Source: Bacillota bacterium (GTDB taxonomy: Bacteria > Bacillota > Negativicutes > Sporomusales > Sporomusaceae). From it: 32,000 nt of DNA. Position 1 is the first letter of the stretch. The number at the start of each line of letters is the position of its first letter. The translations under genes were made by a program, and so were the position numbers. Below the pieces are notes generated by a model. That model had not been told where the DNA came from. It worked only from the letters and a program-made list of their open reading frames with translations, and made no database searches. Positions 1-8,284 of this stretch are shown piece after piece. The stretch is from the NCBI GenBank assembly GCA_023388195.1, contig JAEWGR010000056.1, forward strand, positions 42,151-74,150, in the 5' to 3' direction.

Positions 1-570
1 ATGAACATCCGGGCGGTCACGCTGAGCGAAAGAATCGAAGAGCAGGAAACGCCTGATTTGTTTCAAATTGTCCGTCAGCCTGATGCTACCCTGGAAAAAG
101 GCGTAGAAGAGACTGTGCAGGCCGGTGAGAATGGTGTAAAAAAAGCCACCGTCCGCGTCCGTTTCGAGGATGGGGCCAAGGTGGCAGCCGATGTGCTGGC
201 CGAAACGGTTGCTGTAAGCTCGAAGCCGCAGATCGTTCGGGTCGGCACCCGGGATATTGTTGACACCTCGCGCGGGACGATGCGCTTCCGGGACGTCCGT
301 TACATGGAAGCCAGCGCTTATCTGCCGACAGATGGTTCGGCTCAAGGTTTAACAGCAACAGGTATTTCCGCCCGGCGGGGGATTGTTGCCGTCGATCCGG
401 CAGTAATTCCGCTTGGCACCCATGTATATGTTCCCGGTTATGGGATGGGGCTGGCCGCTGATACGGGCGGCGCCATTGTGGGTGATAAGATCGATCTGTG
501 TATGGAGAATGCATCTGAAGCCTGGCGCTTCGGGCGCCGGATGGTAAAGGTATACGTGTTGGCTGATTAG
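1..570 (+). CDS. yabE: G5 + 3D (RlpA-like) domain cell-wall protein, YabE-like; 5' end cut by window edge
   Basis: The ORF runs from the window edge. A G5-like segment (VQAGENGVKKATVRVRFEDG...PQIVRVGT) is followed by a 3D domain (TATGISARRGIVAVDPAVIPLGTHVYVPGYG...ADTGGAIVGDKIDL). It lies upstream of rnmV-ksgA, as yabE does in B. subtilis. Confidence 0.8.
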   Translation: MNIRAVTLSERIEEQETPDLFQIVRQPDATLEKGVEETVQAGENGVKKATVRVRFEDGAKVAADVLAETVAVSSKPQIVRVGTRDIVDTSRGTMRFRDVRYMEASAYLPTDGSAQGLTATGISARRGIVAVDPAVIPLGTHVYVPGYGMGLAADTGGAIVGDKIDLCMENASEAWRFGRRMVKVYVLAD

Positions 571-574
571 CAAC

Positions 575-615
575 AACCGCCTGTGACCCTGGAATAGGGG
601 TGCAGGCGGTTTTTG
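575..615 (+). terminator. Intrinsic terminator after yabE-like gene
   Basis: AACCGCCTG (575-583) pairs with CAGGCGGTT (603-611) and runs into TTTTT. It starts 5 nt after the stop codon. Confidence 0.7.
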
Positions 616-776
616 TGCCCGAGCGAAAGCTGCGAGAATGCATTGATCTATATAGGGCGTGGAAGCCTGCCTGCCGTCAGAGGCTTTTGCCCGACAAAAC
701 TGTTGTAATGACAGTCGGCAGGAGTCAGGGTCCAGGGCAGCGAATCTAAAAGGATTACTATCAAATAGCCGAAGGG

Positions 777-2504
777 ATGATGCACTTGGCTGGCTTAAAT
801 CGTAAGTTTTTACAGGATACCTGGGGCCTGATCCGCGAATACTGGTATTCGGAGGAGAAATGGCGGGCCCGGGGCCTGCTTGCCGTAATTGTAACCCTGA
901 ACCTGACCTACGTCTATATTTTAGTGTTGATTAATAAGTGGTTTAACCGGTTTTATAATGCCCTCCAGAACTTTGACAAAGAGGAAGTTTTCAGCGCCCT
1001 CGGTGAGTTTTGTCTGCTGGCTGCCTGTTATATCATTGTTGCTGTTTATCAGCTTTACCTCCAGCAAATGCTTGAGATCAAATGGCGACGCTGGCTGACA
1101 CATAAGTATCTCAATAACTGGCTTACGAACCGGATGTACTACCGGTTGCAGCTGACTGACAGTTATACAGATAATCCTGATCAGCGGATTAGCGAGGATT
1201 TCAGATTATTTACGAGTTATACCCTGCAACTATCATTAGGCCTGTTGAAGGCAGTCGTTACCCTGGTATCATTTATTGCTATTTTATGGCAGTTGTCCGG
1301 CACAATAGTAATCCCCTTCGGTAATCAGCAACTGGCTGTCTCCGGATATATGGTATGGGTGGCTATTGTGTATGCTGTAATTGGTACCTGGCTGACCCAT
1401 AAGATCGGCAAACCTTTGGCCAGGCTTAATTTTGATCAGCAGCGCTATGAGGCAGATTTCCGGTTTAGCCTGGTACGGCTGCGGGAAAACAGTGAAAGTA
1501 TTGCCTTTTATGGCGGTGAGGCCCGGGAAGAGCGTTCTTTCATCGCCCGGTTTGGTAAGGTGTTCGATAATTACTGGCAGATCATGCAGCGGCGCAAGCA
1601 CCTGACCTGGTTTGCTTCCGGCTATGGGCAGATTGCAATTATTTTTCCGCTTGTGGTAGCTATGCCCCGCTATTTTGCCAAAGAGATTCAGCTTGGTGGC
1701 TTGCTGCAGACCTCTCAGGCCTTTCGTAATGTGCAGGAATCATTGTCTTATTTTGTCGACAGTTATGCCTCCATGGCCGAGTGGAAGGCTGTATCTGACC
1801 GTCTTACCGGTTTCATCGGCAGTATGCTGCAGGTAAGTCAGCTGCCTCAGAGCAATGCTGTTATTGAGGTGAGTCCTGATTCGGGCTTAGTTGTCAGCGG
1901 CTTAAACATTGATTTGCCTGATGGCCAGCGAATTCTTTCCGGCCTCAATTTGACAATTCAGGCCGGGGAGTCGCTGCTGGTTGCGGGTCCGTCCGGCAGT
2001 GGTAAAAGTACCCTCTTAAGAACTTTGTCCGGGTTATGGCCTTATGCCCAGGGCCGCATAACCATCCCGGCGGGCCATAATTTTTTGTTTTTGCCACAAA
2101 GGTCATATTTGCCATTAGGGACGCTGCGGGATACGTTATTGTACCCGGGGCTGAACCGTCAGGTAACGGATGAAGAGATCTTAGCGGCTATGTCGATGTG
2201 CAAACTTGAGGGACTAAAGGGTTATCTTGATAAAACGGAGGACTGGTCTCATATTTTATCCCTGGGGGAACAACAGCGGATTGCCTTTGTCCGGGTGCTT
2301 ATCCATCGGCCGGAATGGCTATTTATGGATGAGGCCACGTCCGCTCTGGATGAAGCCACAGAACGGCTGCTGTACGGTTTGGTGCAGGAACGCCTGGCAG
2401 GAACTACGCTGGTTAGTGTTGGCCACAGAAATACCCTGAACAGTTATCATAAGAAGAAGCTGTCCCTTGATGGCCGGGGTCACTGGAATTTGTTGATCAT
2501 GTAG
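777..2504 (+). CDS. Fused permease/ATPase ABC transporter, ABCD/YddA (SbmA-BacA-like TMD) family
   Basis: 575-aa ORF. The multi-TM N-terminal half has the WRRWLT...YY...DNPDQRISED motif of this family. The C-terminal NBD has Walker A GPSGSGKST, signature LSLGEQQR and Walker B LFMDEATSALD. The exact start (777, 780 or TTG 786) is uncertain because the RBS spacing is poor. Confidence 0.88.
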   Translation: MMHLAGLNRKFLQDTWGLIREYWYSEEKWRARGLLAVIVTLNLTYVYILVLINKWFNRFYNALQNFDKEEVFSALGEFCLLAACYIIVAVYQLYLQQMLEIKWRRWLTHKYLNNWLTNRMYYRLQLTDSYTDNPDQRISEDFRLFTSYTLQLSLGLLKAVVTLVSFIAILWQLSGTIVIPFGNQQLAVSGYMVWVAIVYAVIGTWLTHKIGKPLARLNFDQQRYEADFRFSLVRLRENSESIAFYGGEAREERSFIARFGKVFDNYWQIMQRRKHLTWFASGYGQIAIIFPLVVAMPRYFAKEIQLGGLLQTSQAFRNVQESLSYFVDSYASMAEWKAVSDRLTGFIGSMLQVSQLPQSNAVIEVSPDSGLVVSGLNIDLPDGQRILSGLNLTIQAGESLLVAGPSGSGKSTLLRTLSGLWPYAQGRITIPAGHNFLFLPQRSYLPLGTLRDTLLYPGLNRQVTDEEILAAMSMCKLEGLKGYLDKTEDWSHILSLGEQQRIAFVRVLIHRPEWLFMDEATSALDEATERLLYGLVQERLAGTTLVSVGHRNTLNSYHKKKLSLDGRGHWNLLIM

Positions 2505-2515
2505 CCCGCAGATAG

Positions 2516-2546
2516 GAATAAAACCGCCTGACCGGCGGTTTTATTC
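2516..2546 (+). terminator. Intrinsic terminator after ABC transporter
   Basis: GAATAAAACCGCC (2516-2528) and GGCGGTTTTATTC (2534-2546) form a perfect 13-bp stem with a 5-nt loop. The 3' arm is U-rich. Confidence 0.8.
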
Positions 2547-2638
2547 CCGTATCGACGGCTTTGTTTACAGGCGATATAGATAAAAAAACGTCAAATGTGA
2601 TAAGATAGTCATATCGTACAGGTAATGGGGTAGATTAG

Positions 2639-3208
2639 ATGATAAAAGAAGTAATAGTGGTTGAAGGCAAGCAGGACATTGCTGCGGTCAAACGGGCTGT
2701 TGCTGCTGAATGTATTGCTACAGAAGGATTCAATTTATTGCCGCGCTGCTTAAGCCGGATTGAACAGGCTTATCAAAAAAGGGGTATTATTATTCTAACC
2801 GATCCTGACAGTGCCGGGGAGCGGATCAGAAAGTTTTTATCAGAACGATTTCCTGAGGCCAGGCACGCTTTTGTACCCCGGGAGCAGGCGAATGCCAATA
2901 ATGATATCGGTATTGAACAGGCTGCACCGGCGGCCATCAGGGACGCGCTGAGTAAAGTCCGCCTCCATGAATGGGAGCCAACCGGTGAATTTACCTGGCA
3001 GGATATTATGGCTGCCGGTTTAAATGGTGTGCCGGACGCTGCCGGCCGGCGGGCTGCGGTGGGGGAAAGCTTGGGTATAGGGTATGCGAATGCTAAGAGC
3101 TTTCTGTACAGACTCAATCATTATGGGGTCAGCCGGGCTGAATTTATGACAGCAACAACCGGATTGGCGGCCGCGGCCAGGCAAAACAGCGGTGTGGAGG
3201 AAGAGTAA
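2639..3208 (+). CDS. rnmV: Ribonuclease M5 (Toprim domain)
   Basis: Toprim-type N-terminus (VIVVEGKQD ... IILTDPDSAGERIR). The 189-aa size and the position directly upstream of ksgA match rnmV. Confidence 0.9.
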   Translation: MIKEVIVVEGKQDIAAVKRAVAAECIATEGFNLLPRCLSRIEQAYQKRGIIILTDPDSAGERIRKFLSERFPEARHAFVPREQANANNDIGIEQAAPAAIRDALSKVRLHEWEPTGEFTWQDIMAAGLNGVPDAAGRRAAVGESLGIGYANAKSFLYRLNHYGVSRAEFMTATTGLAAAARQNSGVEEE

Positions 3209-3209
3209 T

Positions 3210-4067
3210 ATGGCGATAAAACCGTGCATTGCACAAAAAGACGTAACGTTACATATCTTAAAAACCTTCGGCATTCATATGAGCAAGCGGTTGGGACAAA
3301 ACTTTCTGATTGACAGTAATGTTGTGGACGGTATTGTGGCCGCAGCCAAAATAACAGCAGGTGATGCCGTACTGGAAATCGGCCCGGGGATCGGCACCCT
3401 GACCCAGGGACTGGCCGAAGCCGGGGCTGCAGTTACAGCGGTGGAGCTGGACCGGCGCCTGTTGGATGTACTGGCTAAAACGCTGGATGGGTATGATAAT
3501 GTCAAAGTAATACAGGGCGACATATTGAAAATCGACATTTCCCGGGAAATTACCCAGGAAAAGTACAAAGTTGTTGCTAATTTGCCTTATTATATTACAA
3601 CCCCGATTATTATGAAGTTCCTGGAGGAACGTTTGCCAGTCGACATCCTGGTGACTATGGTGCAAAAAGAGGTAGCCGAGCGTATGGTTGCTGCTCCGGG
3701 CGGAAAAGACTATGGGTCCTTGTCGGTAGCCGTGCAGTATTACACTCAGCCTGAAATTATGTTTTTAGTGCCGCCCCGGGCGTTTATTCCGGCCCCGGCC
3801 GTAGAATCTGCGGTTATCCGCTGTACTGTGAGGCCAGAGCCGCCGGTACAAGTCAGCAGTGAAAAAATGTTTTTCCGGGTGGTCAAAGCAGCCTTCGCCC
3901 AGCGCCGAAAAACTCTGGCTAACAGCCTGAAGGCCGGTGGGCTTGATAAGGAAAATCTTATTCAGGTATTAGAGCAGGCCGGGGTTGACGGCCGGCGACG
4001 GGGCGAGCAGTTGTCGCTTGCGGAATTTGCTGCTGTCGCCAATGCCTGGACAAATCTTAAACAATAA
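3210..4067 (+). CDS. ksgA: 16S rRNA (adenine1518/1519-N6)-dimethyltransferase
   Basis: KRLGQNFL motif, SAM-binding LEIGPGIGTLT and NLPYYITTPI. GGAGG (3196-3200) lies 9 nt before ATG 3210. The ORF-track GTG at 3192 overlaps rnmV and is less likely. Confidence 0.95.
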   Translation: MAIKPCIAQKDVTLHILKTFGIHMSKRLGQNFLIDSNVVDGIVAAAKITAGDAVLEIGPGIGTLTQGLAEAGAAVTAVELDRRLLDVLAKTLDGYDNVKVIQGDILKIDISREITQEKYKVVANLPYYITTPIIMKFLEERLPVDILVTMVQKEVAERMVAAPGGKDYGSLSVAVQYYTQPEIMFLVPPRAFIPAPAVESAVIRCTVRPEPPVQVSSEKMFFRVVKAAFAQRRKTLANSLKAGGLDKENLIQVLEQAGVDGRRRGEQLSLAEFAAVANAWTNLKQ

Positions 4068-4073
4068 AAACTG

Positions 4074-4104
4074 GAAGCCCTGCTCATTTCGAGCAGGGCT
4101 TTTC
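4074..4104. terminator. Shared hairpin between convergent ksgA and glycosyltransferase genes
   Basis: GAAGCCCTGCTC (4074-4085) pairs with GAGCAGGGCTTT (4091-4102) around a 5-nt loop. The stop codon of the minus-strand gene lies inside the hairpin. Confidence 0.6.
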
Positions 4105-4890
4105 GCTTAAAAACAGGTCTAATAGGTCAAAACGGCGTTCAATATGGTACCCTAAATAGGTTTTGGTTTGCCATTGGCGGTTGCGGCTCTGGTCATGGAA
4201 CGCGGCAATGGCTTCAAGGCAGTCACCGACAATGGTATCAATGATCTTGTTGGTATGAATTTGGTTTTTTACCGATGAACCCAGACGGTAGTGCGGAATT
4301 GTTGTTGCTATATCAATTTTTAGTTTATTGAGGCGTGCGAGTGCCATTGTGACCGGGGGAACAGCCAGCTCGCGCAAAGAAATTGTTTCCAGCAGGCGGC
4401 GTGAGACTGCATGCGGCCCATGGGCCGGACTGGCTAGATTTATTTTTTTGTCTAATCCTAGCTCTTTATTGAGGTTTAGCCGCCACTGGAACGTTGGATT
4501 GTAGCGCTCAATATGGCGCGGTGGCGATGGATAACAGTTTGTTAGTGCCATATCCATATGTTTTAATAATACACCGTCGACCAGTTCCATCAAGTTTTCA
4601 TTAAAGGTGCCTACCATGTCGCCGTCCACAAAGACGACAACGTCGCTACCCAGAGCCAAAGCCGCTTTAGCACCTACGGCGCGGGGCGTGTCAATTCCTA
4701 AACATTCGTGAAAATAGATAATCTGCAGTTTAGGGAGACGCATCGCTAACGCTTCACGCATTGTACTGTCCTTTGATCCGTTTGCCACCAGAATAATGTG
4801 ATCAATCGGTAAAGTTCCCAGATTCTGCAATACAGTAGTAATGCGGCCTCCTTCGTTTTTGGCCGGTACGACCACGCAAATCACGTCCAT
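4084..4890 (-). CDS. GT-A fold (family 2-like) glycosyltransferase
   Basis: N-terminal VVVPAKNEG strand and DXD-type motif VFVDGDM. I placed the start at ATG 4890 (MDVICVVVP) rather than the far-upstream ATG 5013, whose extension looks non-coding. The start remains uncertain. Confidence 0.6.
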   Translation of the reverse strand: MDVICVVVPAKNEGGRITTVLQNLGTLPIDHIILVANGSKDSTMREALAMRLPKLQIIYFHECLGIDTPRAVGAKAALALGSDVVVFVDGDMVGTFNENLMELVDGVLLKHMDMALTNCYPSPPRHIERYNPTFQWRLNLNKELGLDKKINLASPAHGPHAVSRRLLETISLRELAVPPVTMALARLNKLKIDIATTIPHYRLGSSVKNQIHTNKIIDTIVGDCLEAIAAFHDQSRNRQWQTKTYLGYHIERRFDLLDLFLSEKPCSK

Positions 4891-5071
4891 CACCTCGGAG
4901 TAAGCATGCGTGTGCTGTGCTATCAGATAAAGCGGTCTCCACGGGGGCTCACTATAGTATATAGTGGGGATTAGGCGTTTGCTACTGCACCGGCAAGGAT
5001 AATTTTGTGGCACTTATGATCGACGACACATAGTATGTAATAGTTACAGCGTTAGCTAAGGGGGGGAGTAC

Positions 5072-5947
5072 ATGGACATTCAAGTCGGCGATCTGGTCGT
5101 CAGAAAGTCTCATGGCGGCGATATAGTTTTTAAAGTAACAGATGTGTTCGAAGATGATGCCCGGAATATTCATTGTGTTTTAAAAGGACTGCACCTTAGG
5201 TTAATAGCCGATTCGCCGATAGATGATTTAATGCCAATAGAAGCCGAACATCTGCGCAATGAAATTGTGCGTATGGAAGGTATGCATAATGATACGCTGA
5301 GACGGGTGTTAATGCGCCGCAGTCGTGAACGCGAGCAAGTTGAGTTAAGGCGCTCGGAGGTAAGCAAGAAGTTTACTTTTTTCGATTTGCCGGGCCGGGT
5401 TTTACATCTGGACGGTGATGAAGAATACCTGAGAATGTGCCTGAAAACATATAGTCAGCTTAATATTCAGGCCGAGGGGCGCTGGGTGGAAGAAAGCAAA
5501 CAGGCGGAAGTGCTTGTTGATTTATTGGAAGAATTCAGACCGGATATTTTAGTGCTTACCGGTCACGATGCCTTGACCGGGAATGGTAAAAAAGATTTCG
5601 CCGATATTAATAATTACCGGAATTCAAAACATTTTATAGCCGCTGTTAAAAAAGCCAGAGTATTTGAGCCTTCCCGTGATGATCTGGTCATTTTTGCCGG
5701 TGCCTGTCAATCCCATTTTGAAGCTATATTATCATCAGGTGCCAATTTTGCCAGTTCACCTAACCGCATTTTCATTCATGCGTATGACCCGGTCTTCATT
5801 GCCGAGAAAGTAGCATTCACTCCGATTAACAAAACTGTTGAAGTGAGTGATGCGATTACTGCTTCCGTCACCGGGATTGACGGTGTAGGCGGTCTGGAAA
5901 CAAGAGGGAAATTCAGGCTGGGCATGCCGAAGACACCGATTAAATAA
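5072..5947 (+). CDS. yabG: Sporulation-specific protease YabG (peptidase U57)
   Basis: MDIQVGDLVVRKSHGGDIVFKV N-terminus and ILVLTGHDA ... FAGACQSHFE catalytic region. A GGGGGGAG RBS precedes the ATG. Synteny after ksgA matches. Confidence 0.88.
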   Translation: MDIQVGDLVVRKSHGGDIVFKVTDVFEDDARNIHCVLKGLHLRLIADSPIDDLMPIEAEHLRNEIVRMEGMHNDTLRRVLMRRSREREQVELRRSEVSKKFTFFDLPGRVLHLDGDEEYLRMCLKTYSQLNIQAEGRWVEESKQAEVLVDLLEEFRPDILVLTGHDALTGNGKKDFADINNYRNSKHFIAAVKKARVFEPSRDDLVIFAGACQSHFEAILSSGANFASSPNRIFIHAYDPVFIAEKVAFTPINKTVEVSDAITASVTGIDGVGGLETRGKFRLGMPKTPIK

Positions 5948-5951
5948 TGCT

Positions 5952-5982
5952 AAAAAATACGCCTTTACCAGGCGTATTTTTT
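5952..5982 (+). terminator. Intrinsic terminator of yabG
   Basis: AAAATACGCC (5954-5963) pairs with GGCGTATTTT (5971-5980) and is followed by further T residues. Confidence 0.85.
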
Positions 5983-5989
5983 AGTCTGC

Positions 5990-6095
5990 GGGAATTTGTA
6001 ACTAGATTCTGTGGACATAAGAACGCCTATACCCTACGGGGACAGACGGCCTCCTTCGGCATCCTGAGGGATTTGGCAAATACCCAGCTTTTTAT
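5990..6095 (+). repeat. Copy A of the dispersed hairpin-terminated intergenic element (degenerate, with internal insertion)
   Basis: Shares ATTCTGTGGACATAAGAACG and CCTGAGGGATTTGGCA blocks with the copies at 10642-10836, 18775-18960 and 28665-28740. It carries about 19 extra nt (CCTATACCCTACGGGGACA) and a decayed 3' hairpin. Confidence 0.7.
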
Positions 6096-6182
6096 GCTAT
6101 CGTTTCGGCAAATTACTGGCAGTTAAAGGAAAGAGGTTTGTTTTCAGCGAAATATAACTAAAGAAGTAAGCCTGGAGGCGCT

Positions 6183-7952
6183 ATGGTGTTGAAAGCTGAG
6201 AAACGTCAAACCAGTCGGTCAGCCTGTAAAGCTACCGGGGTTTTTTATACGCCGGAACCTATTGTTAACTATATTCTCGAACATACCCTGGCCAAACACG
6301 ATGTTGTGACTAACCCGGCCCCGCGGGTATTAGATCCGGCCTGTGGCTCCGGCAACTTTCTGGTAGCAGCCTATGACCTTTTATGGATAAAATTCACTAC
6401 TAACCTTGCGCTGCTCAGGCGGCGCTATGGCCGGCACCAGTATACTGTCAAAAATGGTAATAGCGAAACACGACTCACCGGTATCCAGTATTGGCAACCG
6501 GAAAATCTCCCCTATCACATTATCCGCAGTTGTTTATATGGGGCTGATGTGGATGCGGATGCCGTTGCGGCGGCCAGAATCCGCCTGGCAGAAAAAGGGG
6601 CCGGCACGGTAGTAGTTGCAGAAGATCAATTGCTGGTTTGCGACAGCCTGATCAAGTGGGAGAGGCCTGAACAGGCTGATAATTATGACCCCCAAAGCTC
6701 GCAATCTAAGCTTGCGGCCCGATTCTGGGGGCAAGAGTTTGATTATATTGTGGGTAATCCGCCGTATATAAGTTTTGGGTTAAACCGGGTAGGAAAAATG
6801 CCGGTAGATCAGGCCGAGTATTTAAGGCGTAATTATCCGCATTCGGCTCAGTATAAGCTCAGCTACTATGCTATTTTTTTTGAAAGAAGTATTCAAGCAT
6901 TAAAAACCGGCGGTTACCTGGGTTTTATTACTCCTGACAGCTACCTGCTCGGGCGTTATTATTCCAAAATTCGTGAATACATCATGAAAACATGCTCGAT
7001 CCAGGCTATCAGCCTGGTAAGGAGCAAGTTATTCACCGGTGTTCTGGTAGGCATTCCGGCTATTACTATTCTAAAGAAGGTTACCCAGGATATAGCCGGA
7101 ACTGAGGTAACAATCAGTAAAATTGACAACAGCGGGATCAGCATAGACACATATCAGTATGAGCAACAGTATTTTTCGCGGCAGGTGTATAACCGGTTCC
7201 GCTTATTTTTCCACGCTACCGATAAGATACTGATCGACAAGATCGAACAAGCACCGTACCTGTTTAAGGATCTCACCAAAACCAGGACTGGAATGCGTTC
7301 ATTAACCACGCAGGCAGATATCAAAGGCAAAACTAAGCTAGGGCCTACATGGCAGCGGGGGCTAATATCCTCAGGTCAGGTACTGCCATTCTGTCTCAAC
7401 TATCAGGGTGACTGGCTTGACATAAACCCGGATAAGCTGAATAAAGGCGGCTGGAACGCCGCGGTTATAGCCGGACCCAAAATTGTTTTGCGTCAGACAG
7501 GTGATAGCTTAATCGCCACAATTGACAGATCAGGTTTATATCATTTAAATAATATTCATTCCCTGGTGCCCTCCCGGGAAGGGGTTAGTCTGGAATTCCT
7601 GGCATGTATTCTTAATTCCAAGTTGATGAACTATTACTATCATACGATAACCTTAGAAAAAGGCCGGCCTATGGCGCAAGTGGATATTGAAACTGTCGAG
7701 AAGCTGCCCTTAGTGACACATCCTCATTATATGGATAAATTGGAAAAGCTGGGATTAAAGCTGACCCAGCTGTCAAACTCAGTCTGCTGCAACAGCCTGG
7801 AACGGCGTAATGAGACCGGGGCGATCAGCGAATTAACGGCATTGTTCAATGAAATGAATGCATTGGTGTACAGTTTGTACGGTTTGTCGGACAGTGAAAT
7901 TGGCTATATCGAGCAGGCTGAAATTAATATGGAAAAATTTTATAAAAAATGA
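6183..7952 (+). CDS. Orphan N6-adenine DNA methyltransferase, Eco57I/TaqI-like (gamma class) with C-terminal target-recognition domain
   Basis: FYTP motif, motif I DPACGSGNFL and motif IV DYIVGNPPY. The long C-terminal half ends in LSDSEIGYIEQ, typical of TaqI_C-type TRDs. A GGAGG RBS is present. There is no nuclease domain and no adjacent endonuclease ORF. Confidence 0.85.
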   Translation: MVLKAEKRQTSRSACKATGVFYTPEPIVNYILEHTLAKHDVVTNPAPRVLDPACGSGNFLVAAYDLLWIKFTTNLALLRRRYGRHQYTVKNGNSETRLTGIQYWQPENLPYHIIRSCLYGADVDADAVAAARIRLAEKGAGTVVVAEDQLLVCDSLIKWERPEQADNYDPQSSQSKLAARFWGQEFDYIVGNPPYISFGLNRVGKMPVDQAEYLRRNYPHSAQYKLSYYAIFFERSIQALKTGGYLGFITPDSYLLGRYYSKIREYIMKTCSIQAISLVRSKLFTGVLVGIPAITILKKVTQDIAGTEVTISKIDNSGISIDTYQYEQQYFSRQVYNRFRLFFHATDKILIDKIEQAPYLFKDLTKTRTGMRSLTTQADIKGKTKLGPTWQRGLISSGQVLPFCLNYQGDWLDINPDKLNKGGWNAAVIAGPKIVLRQTGDSLIATIDRSGLYHLNNIHSLVPSREGVSLEFLACILNSKLMNYYYHTITLEKGRPMAQVDIETVEKLPLVTHPHYMDKLEKLGLKLTQLSNSVCCNSLERRNETGAISELTALFNEMNALVYSLYGLSDSEIGYIEQAEINMEKFYKK

Positions 7953-7960
7953 GGATAAGG

Positions 7961-7993
7961 CAGGAGAGAACATCAGGCGGACGTCCTCTCCTG
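7961..7993. terminator. Hairpin shared by the convergent methyltransferase gene and the 56-aa ORF
   Basis: CAGGAGAG (7961-7968) pairs with CTCTCCTG (7986-7993) around a 17-nt loop. There is no strong T-run, so termination efficiency is uncertain. Confidence 0.4.
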
Positions 7994-8003
7994 TACTGGG
8001 AAA

Positions 8004-8174
8004 CTATTGTTTAGGGTGGGTTTCGGCAGCTTTAGCGGCAGATATAATAGTGGCAGCTTTTTTGTTAGTCAAATTGTCGGTGTCTTTGCCGCCATAAGGG
8101 CCTTGTTGTCCCTGCGGTTGACCGAAGGGCCCATGTTTTGATTCGGCGTTATTATCATAAATTTTACACATCAT
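8004..8174 (-). CDS. Small Gln/Gly/Pro-rich hypothetical protein (56 aa), absent from the ORF track; possible spore protein
   Basis: Hand translation gives MMCKIYDNNAESKHGPFGQPQGQQGPYGGKDTDNLTNKKAATIISAAKAAETHPKQ. AGGAGG (8186-8181) lies 6 nt before ATG 8174. The stop TAG is at 8006-8004 and is followed by the 7961-7993 hairpin. Confidence 0.6.
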   Translation of the reverse strand: MMCKIYDNNAESKHGPFGQPQGQQGPYGGKDTDNLTNKKAATIISAAKAAETHPKQ

Positions 8175-8284
8175 ACATCACCTCCTGGTGATAGTGTTTC
8201 CTTAACTGTTTGTTTCGCGCCTGGTAATTTTAGTTGCTGAAGTTATATGTTTCAAAATATAAACGGTTAGCAGCCTGTGACAGT

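Noticed and set aside
86-643. 185-aa minus-strand ORF (with 75..266 and 349..576) antisense to the yabE-like gene
   Set aside because: It lies fully inside a + strand gene with clear G5/3D domain content. Its Arg/Pro/Ser-rich composition is typical of antisense frames of GC-biased coding DNA, and it has no RBS.
616-776. Cobalamin riboswitch upstream of the SbmA/YddA-like transporter
   Set aside because: GAGTCAGGGTCCAGGGC (about 733-750) superficially recalls the B12 box GAGTCAGGAGACCTGCC but diverges in the second half. I found no GCCACTG or GGGAA...GGTG...AATCC core elements. This needs cmscan to be sure.
5012-5037. Sigma-K-type promoter upstream of yabG (AC ... CATAGTATG)
   Set aside because: The spacer is 15 nt rather than 16-17, and the -10 ends in TG rather than TA. 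It is suggestive, because yabG is sigma-K-dependent in B. subtilis, but below my threshold for a feature call.
6183-8174. Restriction-modification or BREX/DISARM-type defence system around the methyltransferase
   Set aside because: There is no endonuclease, helicase, phosphatase or PglZ-like ORF on either side. The flanking ORFs are a 56-aa low-complexity protein and spore-type genes. I treat the methyltransferase as an orphan.
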